This document shows positions 1 through 10,003 of a stretch of 64,000 nucleotides of DNA, in pieces. Within the stretch, counting starts at the first letter, position 1. Every line of letters starts with the position of its first letter. The position numbers were made by a program, and so were the translations under genes. The notes beneath the pieces are model-generated. The model was given only the letters and a program-made list of their open reading frames with translations, did not search any database and was not told the origin of the DNA. Source of the stretch: an uncultured Acidobacteriota bacterium (GTDB lineage Bacteria > Acidobacteriota > Vicinamibacteria > Fen-336); contig OY970399.1 in NCBI GenBank assembly GCA_963720545.1, positions 3,072,001 to 3,136,000 on the forward strand. The letters run 5' to 3'.

Positions 1-1013
1 GCGTCCTGCCCGGTCTGCAGGTAGCCGTAGATCAGGTAGTCGAGCGCGTGCAGCTCGTCGAAGGAATGCACGCCCGGGTACTTCTCGGCCGCGTAGTCAC
101 GGGCCGCGCCGGCCGAAGCCATGTTGGAGGCGACGACCTCCTGCCACATGCCAAGGCGGGTGAAGATGTGCGAGGGCATGTGCAGCGCATGCGGCACGCG
201 CGGCGCGATGCGGGCGTAGGCGGTGGCTGCCGGCAGGCCCTTGGTCGCGACCGGCGGGGAGTCGTAGCCGTGGATCAGGTAATGGATGATCCCGGGATGG
301 TTGGGATGCGCCTTATAGAGCGGCTCCAGCAGCGAGGTCGCGAGCGTCTGGTTCTTCAGCGTCTTGTCGGTGGGCGGTGCCGTCGCGAGCAGGGCGAGAG
401 CGTAGAAGGCGGTGACTTCGACATCGTCGGGCAGGCTCGCGTGCAGCGCGCCCATCGCGCGCTCGTAGGCGATGGCCCGCGCCGGGTGATCGCCGCCGCC
501 GGTGGGACCATGGCACGACACGCCTTCCTCGCCGCCCGCGCCCTTGGCAGGACGCGCATAGAACGCATCGAGGGCGCCGATCATGCCGCGCTCCACCTCG
601 GTCTTGCCGCCGATCGTCTTCGCCTTCGCCATCGCCGCCGCACCCGCCTGCATCGCCTCCGCTTCCGGCGCGGCCCATAGCGGATGCCACAAGGTCATGG
701 CGATGCCCCACTGCGCCATCGCGCAGCCGGGATCTTTCGCCGCGACCGCCTCGAACGTGCGGCGCGACTCCTCGTAGAAGAAAGAGTGGAGGAGCGCCAC
801 GGCGCGCCTCCACTCGGGTTCGACTGCCTTGGCGCACGACGTGGCGAGCAGCACGTCACCCACCTGCGCGATGTCGCCGACCACGCGTGTGTCCGATTGC
901 GGAGCCGCGGCCGGCGCCTGCTGTGGCGCCTGCGCTGCTGCCACTGAGGGGAAAACTGCAGCGACGAATGCGACCGGCCAGATGCCGGCGGTCCGCCGCG
1001 GATGAACGAACAT
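1..1013 (-). CDS. Secreted TPR-like repeat protein (3' end runs off the window)
   Basis: Not in the ORF track; translated by hand. ATG 1013 with GAGG upstream, signal-like MFVHPRRTAGIWPVAFVAAVF, then ALLHSFFYEE..DPGCAMAQWG, HPGIIHYLIHGYD, PHALHMPSHIFTRLGMW, ELHALDYLIYGYLQ. Confidence 0.8.
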   Translation of the reverse strand, partial: MFVHPRRTAGIWPVAFVAAVFPSVAAAQAPQQAPAAAPQSDTRVVGDIAQVGDVLLATSCAKAVEPEWRRAVALLHSFFYEESRRTFEAVAAKDPGCAMAQWGIAMTLWHPLWAAPEAEAMQAGAAAMAKAKTIGGKTEVERGMIGALDAFYARPAKGAGGEEGVSCHGPTGGGDHPARAIAYERAMGALHASLPDDVEVTAFYALALLATAPPTDKTLKNQTLATSLLEPLYKAHPNHPGIIHYLIHGYDSPPVATKGLPAATAYARIAPRVPHALHMPSHIFTRLGMWQEVVASNMASAGAARDYAAEKYPGVHSFDELHALDYLIYGYLQTGQD

Positions 1014-1049
1014 GGGGCTACCTCTTTTCGCGCGGGGGGGGGTGCCTGA

Positions 1050-1079
1050 CTTCTACCACCCCCACGGAAAGCGTGTCAA
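1050..1079 (-). promoter_or_regulatory. Putative sigma70 promoter of the TPR-like gene
   Basis: TTGACA (1079-1074), 18 nt, TG-N-TAGAAG (1055-1050); overlaps the bglX stop codon. Confidence 0.35.
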
Positions 1080-3361
1080 TGCCCTGTTTTCGTCACCTCG
1101 AAGCTCGCCTGCAGGCCGCCGTCCGAGCTGGCGCCAGCCGTGACGCGGAACTCGCCGGGCTCCACCACCCACTTGAAGCCGCGGTCGTAGAGCCCGAGGT
1201 CGGCGGGGCCGAGCGTGAACTCGAGCGTGCGTGACTCGCCCGGGTTGAGCGTGACCCGCTCGAAGCCGCGCAGCTGCTTCACGTTGCGCGAGACGCTCGC
1301 CACCACGTCGCTCACGTAAACCTGCACCACCTCGTCGCCGGCGCGCTCGCCGGTGTTCTTCACGTTCACCGACACCCGGATCGTGCTGTCGGGGGCGATG
1401 CGTTCGGCGCTGAGCCGCAGCGCCTTCAGCTCGAACGTCGTGTAGCTGAGGCCGAAGCCGAAGGGGAACTGCGGCGTCGCCGGCAGGTCGAGATACTTGG
1501 AGGTCCACTTCTCGGCGCCGGGCGGGCGGCCGGTGTTCTTGTGCGCGTAGTAGATCGGGATCTGTCCGGCGCTGCGCGGAAACTCCATCGGCAGCTTGCC
1601 GCCGGGATTGACGTCGCCGAACAGCAGGTCGGCCGCGGCGCTGCCCGCCTCGGTGCCGCCTTGCCAGAGCTCGAGGATGGCGGGCACGTTGTCGGCGAGC
1701 CACGCAATGGTGAGCGGCCGCCCGTTGACCAGCATCACGACCGTCGGCTTGCCGACGGCGTGCACCGCCTTCACCAGGTCGAGCTGCCGTCCCGGCAGCG
1801 AGATGTCGGAGCGCGCCGCCGCCTCGCCGCTCATCGCGTCCGACTCGCCGACCACCAGCACCACCGCGTCCGCCGAGCGCGCCGCGTCCACCGCGGCCGC
1901 GAAGCCGTCGTCCGCGCCGCCCTCCACGTCGCAGCCGCGCGCATGCACCACTTTGGTGCCGGCGCCCACCGCGGCCTGGATGCCGGCGAGGATCGAGACC
2001 GCGTCTTCCTTGCGCCCGTCGCCGAGCCACGAGCCGAGGACGGATTGCGGGTCGTCGGCCAGCGGGCCGATGACCGCGAGCGTGCCGAGGTTCTTGCGCA
2101 GCGGCAACACGCCCCCGACATTGCGCAGCAGCACCGCGGAGCGCGCCGCGGCATCGCGCGCCAGCCGCCGCGACTGCACCGTCAGCCGCTCGTTGGCGCG
2201 CGACTCGTCCGCGTACGGGCTTTCGAAGAGGCCGGCGCGCATCTTGACACGCAGCACGCGGCGCACGGCTTCGTCCACCACCCGCAGCGGCAGCTTGCCG
2301 CTGCGCACCAGCGCCTGGCCGTGGCGGTTGTAGAACCGGCTCACCATTTCCATGTCGACGCCGGCGCCGAGTGCCAGCAGCGCCGCGTCGGCCTCGCCGG
2401 CGGCGACGCCATGCTTCAGCAGCTCCATCACCGACGTGTAATCGCTCACCACCAGGCCGTCGAAGCGCCATTCACCGCGCAGCACGGTGCCGAGAGTGAA
2501 GGCGTTGGCGGTGCCTGGCGTGCCATCGATGTCGTTGAAGGAGCTCATGAAGGTCGCCACTCCCGCATCGCGCGCCGCCTTGAACGGCGGGAAGTACAAC
2601 TCGCGCAACGCCCGTTCCGTGACGTCGGTGGTGTTGTAGTCGCGGCCGCCCTCGGCGGCGCCGTACGCCACCCAGTGCTTGGCGGTTGCCGCAACCCGGT
2701 CGCGCTGGGAGTAGTCGCCGCCCTGGAAGCCGCGCACACGCGCCGCGCCGAGCACGCTGCCGAGATAGGGATCGCTGCCGGCGCCTTCCGCCACCCGCCC
2801 CCAGCGCGGATCGCGGGTGACGTCGAGCATCGGCGCGAACGTCCACTTCACGCCGGCCGCGGCCGTCTCGTTGGCGGCCGCATGCGCGGTGGCTTCGGCG
2901 AGCACCGGGTCGAAGCTCGCCGCTTCGCCGAGCGGGATGGGGAAGATGGTGCGGTAGCCGTGGATCGTGTCGTAACCGAAGAGCAGCGGGATCTTGAGCC
3001 GCGAGCGCTCCACGGCGGCCTTCTGCAGCGGGTTGACATTGGCCGCGCCGCGCACGTTGAGCACCGAGCCCAGCAGGCCGCGCGCCGCGAGCGCGAGATG
3101 TTCCGGGCGGGAGCGGCCGTCGGCCTCGCCGTCGAGCTGCTGCAACTGGCCGAGCTTCTCCGCGAGCGTCATCTGCCGCAGCAGCTTCTCGATGCGCGGC
3201 GCCAGAGGATCGGCTGGCCGTGCCGCGACGGCGATGCGCTGCGGCGGCCGCCGTGCAGCCGGGCGCGCCGCGGCCTGAGCCGCCAGGGGCGCCGGTGCGG
3301 CCAGGGCCAGTGCCAGTGCCAGTGCCAATGCGGGTGCGGCCAACGAGCGCGTTGCCATCAT
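1076..3361 (-). CDS. bglX: GH3 beta-glucosidase, BglX-like, secreted
   Basis: Signal peptide MMATRSLAAPALALALALAAP; GH3 motifs RDPRWGR, KHWVAYG, VVSDY; C-terminal fibronectin-like domain (GDEVVQVY..QLRGFERV). Start trimmed from the ORF-track 3481. Confidence 0.92.
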   Translation of the reverse strand: MMATRSLAAPALALALALALAAPAPLAAQAAARPAARRPPQRIAVAARPADPLAPRIEKLLRQMTLAEKLGQLQQLDGEADGRSRPEHLALAARGLLGSVLNVRGAANVNPLQKAAVERSRLKIPLLFGYDTIHGYRTIFPIPLGEAASFDPVLAEATAHAAANETAAAGVKWTFAPMLDVTRDPRWGRVAEGAGSDPYLGSVLGAARVRGFQGGDYSQRDRVAATAKHWVAYGAAEGGRDYNTTDVTERALRELYFPPFKAARDAGVATFMSSFNDIDGTPGTANAFTLGTVLRGEWRFDGLVVSDYTSVMELLKHGVAAGEADAALLALGAGVDMEMVSRFYNRHGQALVRSGKLPLRVVDEAVRRVLRVKMRAGLFESPYADESRANERLTVQSRRLARDAAARSAVLLRNVGGVLPLRKNLGTLAVIGPLADDPQSVLGSWLGDGRKEDAVSILAGIQAAVGAGTKVVHARGCDVEGGADDGFAAAVDAARSADAVVLVVGESDAMSGEAAARSDISLPGRQLDLVKAVHAVGKPTVVMLVNGRPLTIAWLADNVPAILELWQGGTEAGSAAADLLFGDVNPGGKLPMEFPRSAGQIPIYYAHKNTGRPPGAEKWTSKYLDLPATPQFPFGFGLSYTTFELKALRLSAERIAPDSTIRVSVNVKNTGERAGDEVVQVYVSDVVASVSRNVKQLRGFERVTLNPGESRTLEFTLGPADLGLYDRGFKWVVEPGEFRVTAGASSDGGLQASFEVTKTGH

Positions 3362-3368
3362 GATTGCC

Positions 3369-4847
3369 TCATGCCGCGGGCTCCATGCGGTAGGCGTCGA
3401 GCCAGCCGCCGCGAAAGCCCGCCCGCACGAGGCCTCGCTGGATGTGGGGATTGCGGCGCATGACGCGCCAGACGAAACCACTGCGGTAGTTCTCGATCAT
3501 GCCGAGGATCGGGCCCTGGTCGATGCCGAGGTAATCGGTGTCGAACCAGCCCGCGCCGGGCACGACGCGGCCCTGCTTCACCGGCGTGCCGTCGGGCACC
3601 GACGGGTTCCAGGCGTCGACGAAGCCGTAGTCGGAATAGAGATGCGCGCCGTAGCGCGCGCGAATCGCGAGCGCCGCGGCGATCACGGCCTCCGGCGCGA
3701 ACGGCAGCGAGCCGAGCGCCGCGGTGGGCGTGAGCGTGCCGTCGTCGCGCTCCTCGTCCTGGCCGGCGCCGCGCGCGGAGTAGCCCCAGAACGTCACGCG
3801 CCGGCCGTTCACCAGCGCCTCGGCGTCGGGGCCGTCGCACGCCGACAATCCCCATATGTCCTTGCCGTAGCCGCTCCAGCCCATGGGATTGGCGGCGGCG
3901 TACTCGCGCTGCGCGAGCGTCGCGCGCCGCGAGTTCTCGAAATAGTCGAAGCCGATGCGCGCCGTGACCGCGTCGGTGATGCCGCGCAAGTCGAGCCACA
4001 GGTGCGAGTACTGGTGGCCGAACAGCGGCGCGAACGAGATATGGCGCTGGCCGCGGTAATCGCTGACACGCCGCTCCTTCGTATACGCATCCCACGCGTC
4101 GGTGCGCAGCGGGTGCGTCGGCGACGCGAGGCCCAGCACATAGAGCAGCATCGACTCGTCGTAGATCTGCCACTCGGCATCGTAGAAGCCGACGTCGGGG
4201 CGCCAGCCCATGGTGACGACAGGCGGCCGCGGTGACGCCCAGTCCCACTCGACGCGCGTGTAGATGCGCTCGGCGAGGTCGCGCACCTCGCGCTCGGCGG
4301 CATTCGCGCCGTCGAAATACGACTGCGCGAACAGCACGCCGGCGAGCAGCAGCGTGGTGTCGATCGTGGACAGCTCCACGTTCGGCGAGGAGCGCACGCC
4401 AGTGCGCATGTCGAGGAAGTGGTAGAAGAAGCCGCGGTAGCCGGTGGTACCTTCGGGCGCATCGCCCTGCGGCGCGCGCGCGAAGAAGCGCAGCGTCGCG
4501 AGGGTGCGCGCGAGGCCCTCGCCGCGCGTGATGTAACCGCGCTCGATGCCGATGGGATAGGCGGTCAGCGCGAACCCGACCGCCGCGATGCTCGACGGCG
4601 AATCGCTCGGATAGCGGTCGGGCACCAGGCCGTTCACGGGATTGCCGCGCTCCCAGAAGAAGCGGAAGGTGCGCGCCTGCAGGTCGTCGAAAAAGGGCGG
4701 GAGCTCGCCGGGACCAGGCGCCGGCGCAGGCGTGGGGCGGCTCGCCGGGGGAATGGCGGCGGACCCCGGCCTCTGCGCCGCGCAGGCGCCGAAAACCAGG
4801 GCCGCGGCGAGCGCCGCGGCCCGGCGAAGGGACGTCGCCCCGTGCAC
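3369..4847 (-). CDS. Glucoamylase-family (GH144/DUF3131-like) glycoside hydrolase, probable endo-beta-1,2-glucanase; lipoprotein-like signal
   Basis: FRFFWE..NGLVPDRY..SIAAVGFAL, GFFYHFLD, ELSTIDT, PLFGHQYSH.W.D.RG, DYFENSRRATLAQ, YGFVDAWN, YLGIDQGPI; signal LVFGAC. Confidence 0.85.
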   Translation of the reverse strand: MHGATSLRRAAALAAALVFGACAAQRPGSAAIPPASRPTPAPAPGPGELPPFFDDLQARTFRFFWERGNPVNGLVPDRYPSDSPSSIAAVGFALTAYPIGIERGYITRGEGLARTLATLRFFARAPQGDAPEGTTGYRGFFYHFLDMRTGVRSSPNVELSTIDTTLLLAGVLFAQSYFDGANAAEREVRDLAERIYTRVEWDWASPRPPVVTMGWRPDVGFYDAEWQIYDESMLLYVLGLASPTHPLRTDAWDAYTKERRVSDYRGQRHISFAPLFGHQYSHLWLDLRGITDAVTARIGFDYFENSRRATLAQREYAAANPMGWSGYGKDIWGLSACDGPDAEALVNGRRVTFWGYSARGAGQDEERDDGTLTPTAALGSLPFAPEAVIAAALAIRARYGAHLYSDYGFVDAWNPSVPDGTPVKQGRVVPGAGWFDTDYLGIDQGPILGMIENYRSGFVWRVMRRNPHIQRGLVRAGFRGGWLDAYRMEPAA

Positions 4848-4860
4848 GACCGCTATTTTG

Positions 4861-7683
4861 CTAGAAGCGGAACGATGCGCCGAACTGCAGGCGGCGCGCG
4901 GGGTCGGCGGTGTTCGGCGTGCCGAAGTTCGCGTTCACGTCCGGCAGCGTCGGGATGAAGCCGTCGTAGCCGGTGAAGTTGTCCGAGTTGAACAGGTTGA
5001 AGACCTGCGCCGACAACTCGAACGCGCGGCGTTCGCCGAGGCGGAATTCCTTGTCGAGGCGCAGGTCGATGCTCTTGTAGGCCAGGGTCGCGTCGGGCCG
5101 GCCGGCATAGAGCAGGATCCGCTTGTCGTTGATGCTGCCGCCACGGCTGAAGTCGGAGATCGTGTAGCCGACACCGGAGGCGAGCTGCACGAACGCGCTG
5201 GCGCGGAAGCCGGCGGGCAGCTGGTAGATGCCGGTGGCGACGATGCGATGGCGCTCGTCCTGCGCCGTCGGATGGCGGGGATAGTCCGCCACCGTGATGT
5301 AGTCGAGGCTGAAGTCGTCGCCACCGATTTCCTGGGCCTTGCCGAGCGTGTACGTGAGCTGGGCCCCCCACTTCGAGGCCGCCGTGAACGGCTTTTCGAG
5401 CTGCAGCGAGCCGGCGTTGTACCAGGCCTTCTTGGTGTCGCTCGACAGCAGGATGTTGGAAAAGCCGGGGACTGCCTGGCAGCACTCGCCGTCGGGCCGG
5501 CGGTTGCCGAAGATGAACGTGAAGCCGTTCTTGCTGCGCACGCCCAGGTAGGACAGCGAGGCCACCACGTTGCCGAACTGGTGGCGCACACCCACCGTGA
5601 ACTGGTCGGAGACGGGCGGCTCCGTGTCGTTGTCGATCAGGAACATCTCGGGGTTGCCGGCGGTGCCGCTCGCCACGAGCCCGTCGAGTCCGGCCTTGCT
5701 GAGGTAGCTGTCGTTCCAGACGAGCGTCGGGTTGCCGTCGCGCGGCGCGCCATCGGCCGAGAAGCGGAACTGCAGCCGCGTGAACTGCAGCCGATAGCGC
5801 TCGTCGAGCCCCTGGTTGTAGAGCACGCGGTCGTAGTAACGGCCGATGCCGCCGAACAACACGGTCTTGCCGTCGCCCCGCAGATCGTAGGAGAAGCCGA
5901 TCCGCGGCTGGAACGCCTTCTTGAAACCGGGTCGATCGCTGCCATCGGTGAAGTAGCTCTCGGGCACGCCGACGGTACGCGCCGCCGCGATCACGTTGGC
6001 GGGGGTCACATAGTCGTTGTTGAGCTGGTTCGTCTCGTAGTCCCAGCGGATACCGGCGTTGATCGTGAGCCGCTGCGTGGCCCGCCAGTCGTCCTGGAGG
6101 TACAGGCCGTACTGGGTGTTCTTTGCGTCGAGATCGGGATTGCCGAATCCGTAGAAGGCCTCGAACGGGAACGCGAAGCCTTCGTTGGAGCGGAAGTTGA
6201 AGATCGGGTTGAACACCTGGAACTTGGTGACGCCGTAGCTGAGGCGGCTGAGCACCACGCCGCCCTTCACGGAGTGTTTCTCGAAGAAGCGGGTGAAGTC
6301 GTTGCGCAGCGAAAGGCGTTTCTGCACGAACAGCTGCTGGGTGTCGGCGCCGCCGAGACGGATGACACCCTGATAGTCGCGGCCGACAAGGTCGGGGTTG
6401 GTCGGCACGGTGTTCCAGCGGAAGCGCTGCCAGGTCAGTTGTGCCTCGTTGATCCAGCTGGAGCGGGTGGTCACGTGGCGGCCGGTGACCGTGTCGACGT
6501 CGGAGCTGAAGTCCGTGGCGCCCTCGAAGGCGCGCTCGCCATCGCCGAAATCCTTGATCTCGTTCTCGCGCCGGATGCTGTAGCTGACGTCCATGGTCTG
6601 GCCGGCGCCGGGCTGGTAGGTGAGCTTGCCGAAGCCGAGGTTCGACTTGAAGGTGCTCGGGAAGACGCCGAGGAACGACTGGTACTGGACCGGCGGCTCG
6701 GTGGTCGAACCGCCGCGGCGCACCGTACGCTCACGATCCTGCTTGTTGATTTCGTAGGTGGCGAAGAACGTCATCTTGTCCTTGACGATCGGCCCGCCGA
6801 TGCTGGCGCCGCCCTGGAACCGCTCATACTCCGGCTTCTCTTCGTTGCGTTCGCGCGCGATCGGGTTGAGGCCGACGAGCGCCTTGTCCTGGTAGAGCAG
6901 GAACACATCGCCGGTGACGAGGTTGCCGCCGCTCTTGGTGACGGCCGTGATCGCAGCACTCGAGGCCTTTTCGAACTCGGCCTTGAAGTTCTGGGTGAGC
7001 ACGCGGAATTCCTGCACCGCGTTTTGCGGAAACGGGTTGCCGCGGCTGCTGTCCTGCCCGACGACCCCGCCCTTGAGGATGTCGTTCTTGTAGCTGACGC
7101 CGTCGATGTAGACGTTGGTGTTGAAGCCGGGGAGAGCGCCGGAGGTCACCTCTTTGGTGGTGTCGGAGCTGGCGTTCACTTTCACGCCGGGGGCGAGTGC
7201 CGCGAAGTTGAGGAAGTTGCGGTCGTTCTGCGGCAGGTTGCGGATCTGCTCCGAGGTGACGTTCGTGGAAATGGTCGAGGTCCTGATGTCCACCGCCTGG
7301 TCGCCGACGACCGTGATGTTCTCCGCGTAGACGAGATCCGCGGTGAGCCGGAAGTCGAGGTCGAGGTCCTGGCCGACGAGGACGGTGAGGCGGCGGGATG
7401 CCGGCTTGTACTGCGGCATCTCCACCGTGATGTCGTAGCTCGCGGGCCGCAGGCCGGCGAGCACGAACGAGCCGTCGCTGCCGGACACGGCGCTGAAGGT
7501 GAACCCGCCGGTGACCTCCTTCGCGGTGATGGTGGCGCCGGGCAGGCCGCCGGTGTCGTCGAGGACAGTGCCACGGATGATGGCGCTCGTCGACTGTGCA
7601 AAACCCGACGGAGCAGCAGACAGAAGGATGAGGCACACGACTGCCGCGAGGCGATGCGGCCGGGACCGTTCGAGAACCATCAT
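4861..7683 (-). CDS. TonB-dependent outer-membrane receptor (Oar-like, N-terminal carboxypeptidase-regulatory-like domain)
   Basis: GGAGG before ATG 7683; signal peptide; plug motif AVQEFRVLT; YLQDDW..LTINAGIRWD; FQPRIGFSYDL; ends in FRF. Confidence 0.9.
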   Translation of the reverse strand: MMVLERSRPHRLAAVVCLILLSAAPSGFAQSTSAIIRGTVLDDTGGLPGATITAKEVTGGFTFSAVSGSDGSFVLAGLRPASYDITVEMPQYKPASRRLTVLVGQDLDLDFRLTADLVYAENITVVGDQAVDIRTSTISTNVTSEQIRNLPQNDRNFLNFAALAPGVKVNASSDTTKEVTSGALPGFNTNVYIDGVSYKNDILKGGVVGQDSSRGNPFPQNAVQEFRVLTQNFKAEFEKASSAAITAVTKSGGNLVTGDVFLLYQDKALVGLNPIARERNEEKPEYERFQGGASIGGPIVKDKMTFFATYEINKQDRERTVRRGGSTTEPPVQYQSFLGVFPSTFKSNLGFGKLTYQPGAGQTMDVSYSIRRENEIKDFGDGERAFEGATDFSSDVDTVTGRHVTTRSSWINEAQLTWQRFRWNTVPTNPDLVGRDYQGVIRLGGADTQQLFVQKRLSLRNDFTRFFEKHSVKGGVVLSRLSYGVTKFQVFNPIFNFRSNEGFAFPFEAFYGFGNPDLDAKNTQYGLYLQDDWRATQRLTINAGIRWDYETNQLNNDYVTPANVIAAARTVGVPESYFTDGSDRPGFKKAFQPRIGFSYDLRGDGKTVLFGGIGRYYDRVLYNQGLDERYRLQFTRLQFRFSADGAPRDGNPTLVWNDSYLSKAGLDGLVASGTAGNPEMFLIDNDTEPPVSDQFTVGVRHQFGNVVASLSYLGVRSKNGFTFIFGNRRPDGECCQAVPGFSNILLSSDTKKAWYNAGSLQLEKPFTAASKWGAQLTYTLGKAQEIGGDDFSLDYITVADYPRHPTAQDERHRIVATGIYQLPAGFRASAFVQLASGVGYTISDFSRGGSINDKRILLYAGRPDATLAYKSIDLRLDKEFRLGERRAFELSAQVFNLFNSDNFTGYDGFIPTLPDVNANFGTPNTADPARRLQFGASFRF

Positions 7684-7717
7684 GGGAACCTCCCCGAGAG
7701 CTCGTCGGAAAAGGACG

Positions 7718-7731
7718 GTAAAACGATTGAT
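7718..7731. promoter_or_regulatory. Possible LacI-family operator
   Basis: GTAAAACGATTGAT resembles the LacI-type AAN-CG-NTT core and lies between the divergent receptor and lacI genes; palindrome is imperfect. Confidence 0.3.
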
Positions 7732-7807
7732 GCGCCGGAAAAAGCTTCGACTCAGGCAAGCGGCATTGTCAAGGGAAAGGTGCATGCCGTGGTTTACACT
7801 TGCAGCC

Positions 7808-8836
7808 GTGGCCGCCAAGCCAGTCACGCTGAAATTCCTGGCGGAGCATCTCGACCTCTCGCCGGCGACGATCTCGCTCGTCATCAACCGCGCGCCGGCC
7901 GGCCGCTCGATACCCAGGGCCACTCACGACCGGGTGCTCGCCGCCGCGCGCGAATTCAACTACCGGCCGAACACGCTGGCGCGCTCGCTGCGGCAGCAGC
8001 GCAGCTTCACCATCGGCGTCATCGTTCCCGAGATCAGCGAGGGCTACACGGCGCTCGTCGTCGGCGGCATCGAGGACCACCTGCTGAACGAGGGGTTCCT
8101 CTACTTCATCGCGAGCCACCGCCACCGCGCCGACCTCATCGCCGAGTCGCCGAGCCTGATGATGGGACGCTCGGTCGAGGGCCTGATCGTCGTCGACACG
8201 CTGGTGAGCGAAGTGCAGCCGGTGCCGGTCGTCGCAGTCTCGGGCCACGGCGGCGCCGACGGCGTCACCAACATCGTGCTCGACCATGCGCTGGCCGCGA
8301 CGCTGGCCCTCGAGCACCTTCACGGCCTCGGCCACCGGCGCATCGCGTTCATCAAGGGCCAGGAGTTCAGCTCCGACACCGAGGAACGCTGGCAGGCGAT
8401 CGCCGCCGCCGCCGCCGCCCGCGGGCTGGCGGTCGACCCGCGCCTGGTCCAGCAGCTGGTCGGCAATTCGCCCTCGCCGGAACTCGGTGAGATCGCAACC
8501 GCGCAGCTGCTCGCGGAGCGCGTCCCGTTCACGGCGCTCTTCGCCTTCAACGACATCTCCGCGATCGGCGCCATCCGCGCGCTGCGTTTGGCCGGGCTGC
8601 GCGTGCCGCAGGACGTGTCGGTGGTGGGCTTCGACGACATCGCGAGCGCCGCCTTCCAGAACCCGAGCCTCACCACCGTCCGCCAGCCGCTGCGGCACAT
8701 GGGAATGGTGGCCGCGCAGACGTTGCTGCAGCGCATCGCGGCGCCGGCCCCGGCGCCTTATCCACGGCTGCTGACGGTCGAACCCGAGCTGGTGGCGCGC
8801 GAGTCGACCGGCCCGGCCGCGAGCGCGTCACGCTGA
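7808..8836 (+). CDS. LacI family transcriptional regulator
   Basis: HTH TLKFLAEHLDLSPATISLVIN, YRPNTLARSL, VPQDVSVVGFDD, LTTVRQP. Start GTG 7808, 7 nt after TACACT; alternative ATG 7784. Confidence 0.92.
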   Translation: MAAKPVTLKFLAEHLDLSPATISLVINRAPAGRSIPRATHDRVLAAAREFNYRPNTLARSLRQQRSFTIGVIVPEISEGYTALVVGGIEDHLLNEGFLYFIASHRHRADLIAESPSLMMGRSVEGLIVVDTLVSEVQPVPVVAVSGHGGADGVTNIVLDHALAATLALEHLHGLGHRRIAFIKGQEFSSDTEERWQAIAAAAAARGLAVDPRLVQQLVGNSPSPELGEIATAQLLAERVPFTALFAFNDISAIGAIRALRLAGLRVPQDVSVVGFDDIASAAFQNPSLTTVRQPLRHMGMVAAQTLLQRIAAPAPAPYPRLLTVEPELVARESTGPAASASR

Positions 8837-8862
8837 GCGCGAGCCAGACGCCGGGAGCGTCC

Positions 8863-9999
8863 TTGCCGCTGCCGTGGTCGCTTCTCGTGCACGCCGCCTT
8901 CATCCTCTCCGGTGTGCTCACCACGTTCCTCGGCCCCGCGCTGCCGACGCTGCAGGCGCGCTTCGCCCTGGACGACGCGCAGTCGGGGTCGCTGTTCGGC
9001 GCGCAGTTCGCCGGCGCCACCCTTGCCACCAGCGCCGCCGGCGCCTTGATGGCGCGCTTCGGCGGCGGCGCCGCCATCGCCTGCGGTCTCACGCTCGTGG
9101 CCGCGGCGCTCGGCGCCTTGCAGCTTGGCACGCTCGCGGTCGCACGCCCGGCGCTGTTCCTGCTGGGGGCCGGCCTCGGCTTCGCCACGCCCACCGTCAA
9201 CCTGTGGGCGGCGGCGCAGGTGAGCGGCCGCGAGAAGGTGGCGGTGCTCAACAGCATCAATCTCGCCTGGGGACTCGGCGCCGCGCTGTGCCCGCTCGTG
9301 GTGCGCGCGAGCCAGGCGGCAGCGGGCGGCTTCAGCCTGTTCCTCATCGTTTTCGCCACGGCCAGCCTCGGCCTTGCCGCCGCCGCGCTTGTTGTCCTGC
9401 CGAAAGGCCGCATGGTCGAGCCGCAGAGCAGCGGCACCCGCGCATCGGTGCTGGCGGTGGTCGTGCCATTCGCGCTCTTCCTTTTCCTGTACGTCGGCGT
9501 AGAGACTTCGGTCGGCGGCTGGGCCGCGACCTACGCGAAGCGCGACTGGGGCGGCGCCTGGTTCCTGGCGCCGGTCGTCTTCTGGATCGGCATGCTCGGC
9601 GGCCGCGGCATGGCGGCGCGGTGGGGGCGCCGCTTCGAGGAGCGCCGCATACTCCGCAGCGGTGCGCTGCTGGCCGCAGCCGGTATCGCAGCGTGGGCGG
9701 CGCTCCCGGCCGCATGGACGCTGCCGCTCGTTCTTGTCATCGGCCTCGGCCTGGCGCCGCTCTATCCCACGGGAGTCGCGGTGTTCGCGGAACGCCTCGG
9801 CGCCGCCGGCATGGCTGCCGCCGGTCCGGTGTTCGCCCTCTCCGGACTCGGCGGCGCGGCCATCCCGTGGCTCGTCGGCATCGCCTCGGCCCACTTCGGC
9901 GCGCTGCAGGCAGGACTTTGCGTGGTCCTCGCCGCCGCCCTCGCCGTGCTGGCGCTCACCTGGGCGGCGTTCAACGTCGCCGGCGCCGCGAAGCGCTAA
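8863..9999 (+). CDS. MFS transporter, sugar-permease-like
   Basis: About 12 hydrophobic segments; LFLYVGVETSVGGW motif as in FucP/glucose-galactose-type MFS proteins. Confidence 0.8.
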   Translation: MPLPWSLLVHAAFILSGVLTTFLGPALPTLQARFALDDAQSGSLFGAQFAGATLATSAAGALMARFGGGAAIACGLTLVAAALGALQLGTLAVARPALFLLGAGLGFATPTVNLWAAAQVSGREKVAVLNSINLAWGLGAALCPLVVRASQAAAGGFSLFLIVFATASLGLAAAALVVLPKGRMVEPQSSGTRASVLAVVVPFALFLFLYVGVETSVGGWAATYAKRDWGGAWFLAPVVFWIGMLGGRGMAARWGRRFEERRILRSGALLAAAGIAAWAALPAAWTLPLVLVIGLGLAPLYPTGVAVFAERLGAAGMAAAGPVFALSGLGGAAIPWLVGIASAHFGALQAGLCVVLAAALAVLALTWAAFNVAGAAKR

Positions 10000-10003
10000 C
10001 GAT

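Noticed and set aside
3307..3329. GCCAGT hexamer repeat as a phase-variation tract
   Set aside because: In-frame Leu-Ala repeat within a signal peptide; copy changes would not shift the frame
4642..8490. 1282-aa plus-strand ORF
   Set aside because: Antisense/out-of-frame shadow of the TonB receptor and lacI, typical of high-GC DNA; no motifs
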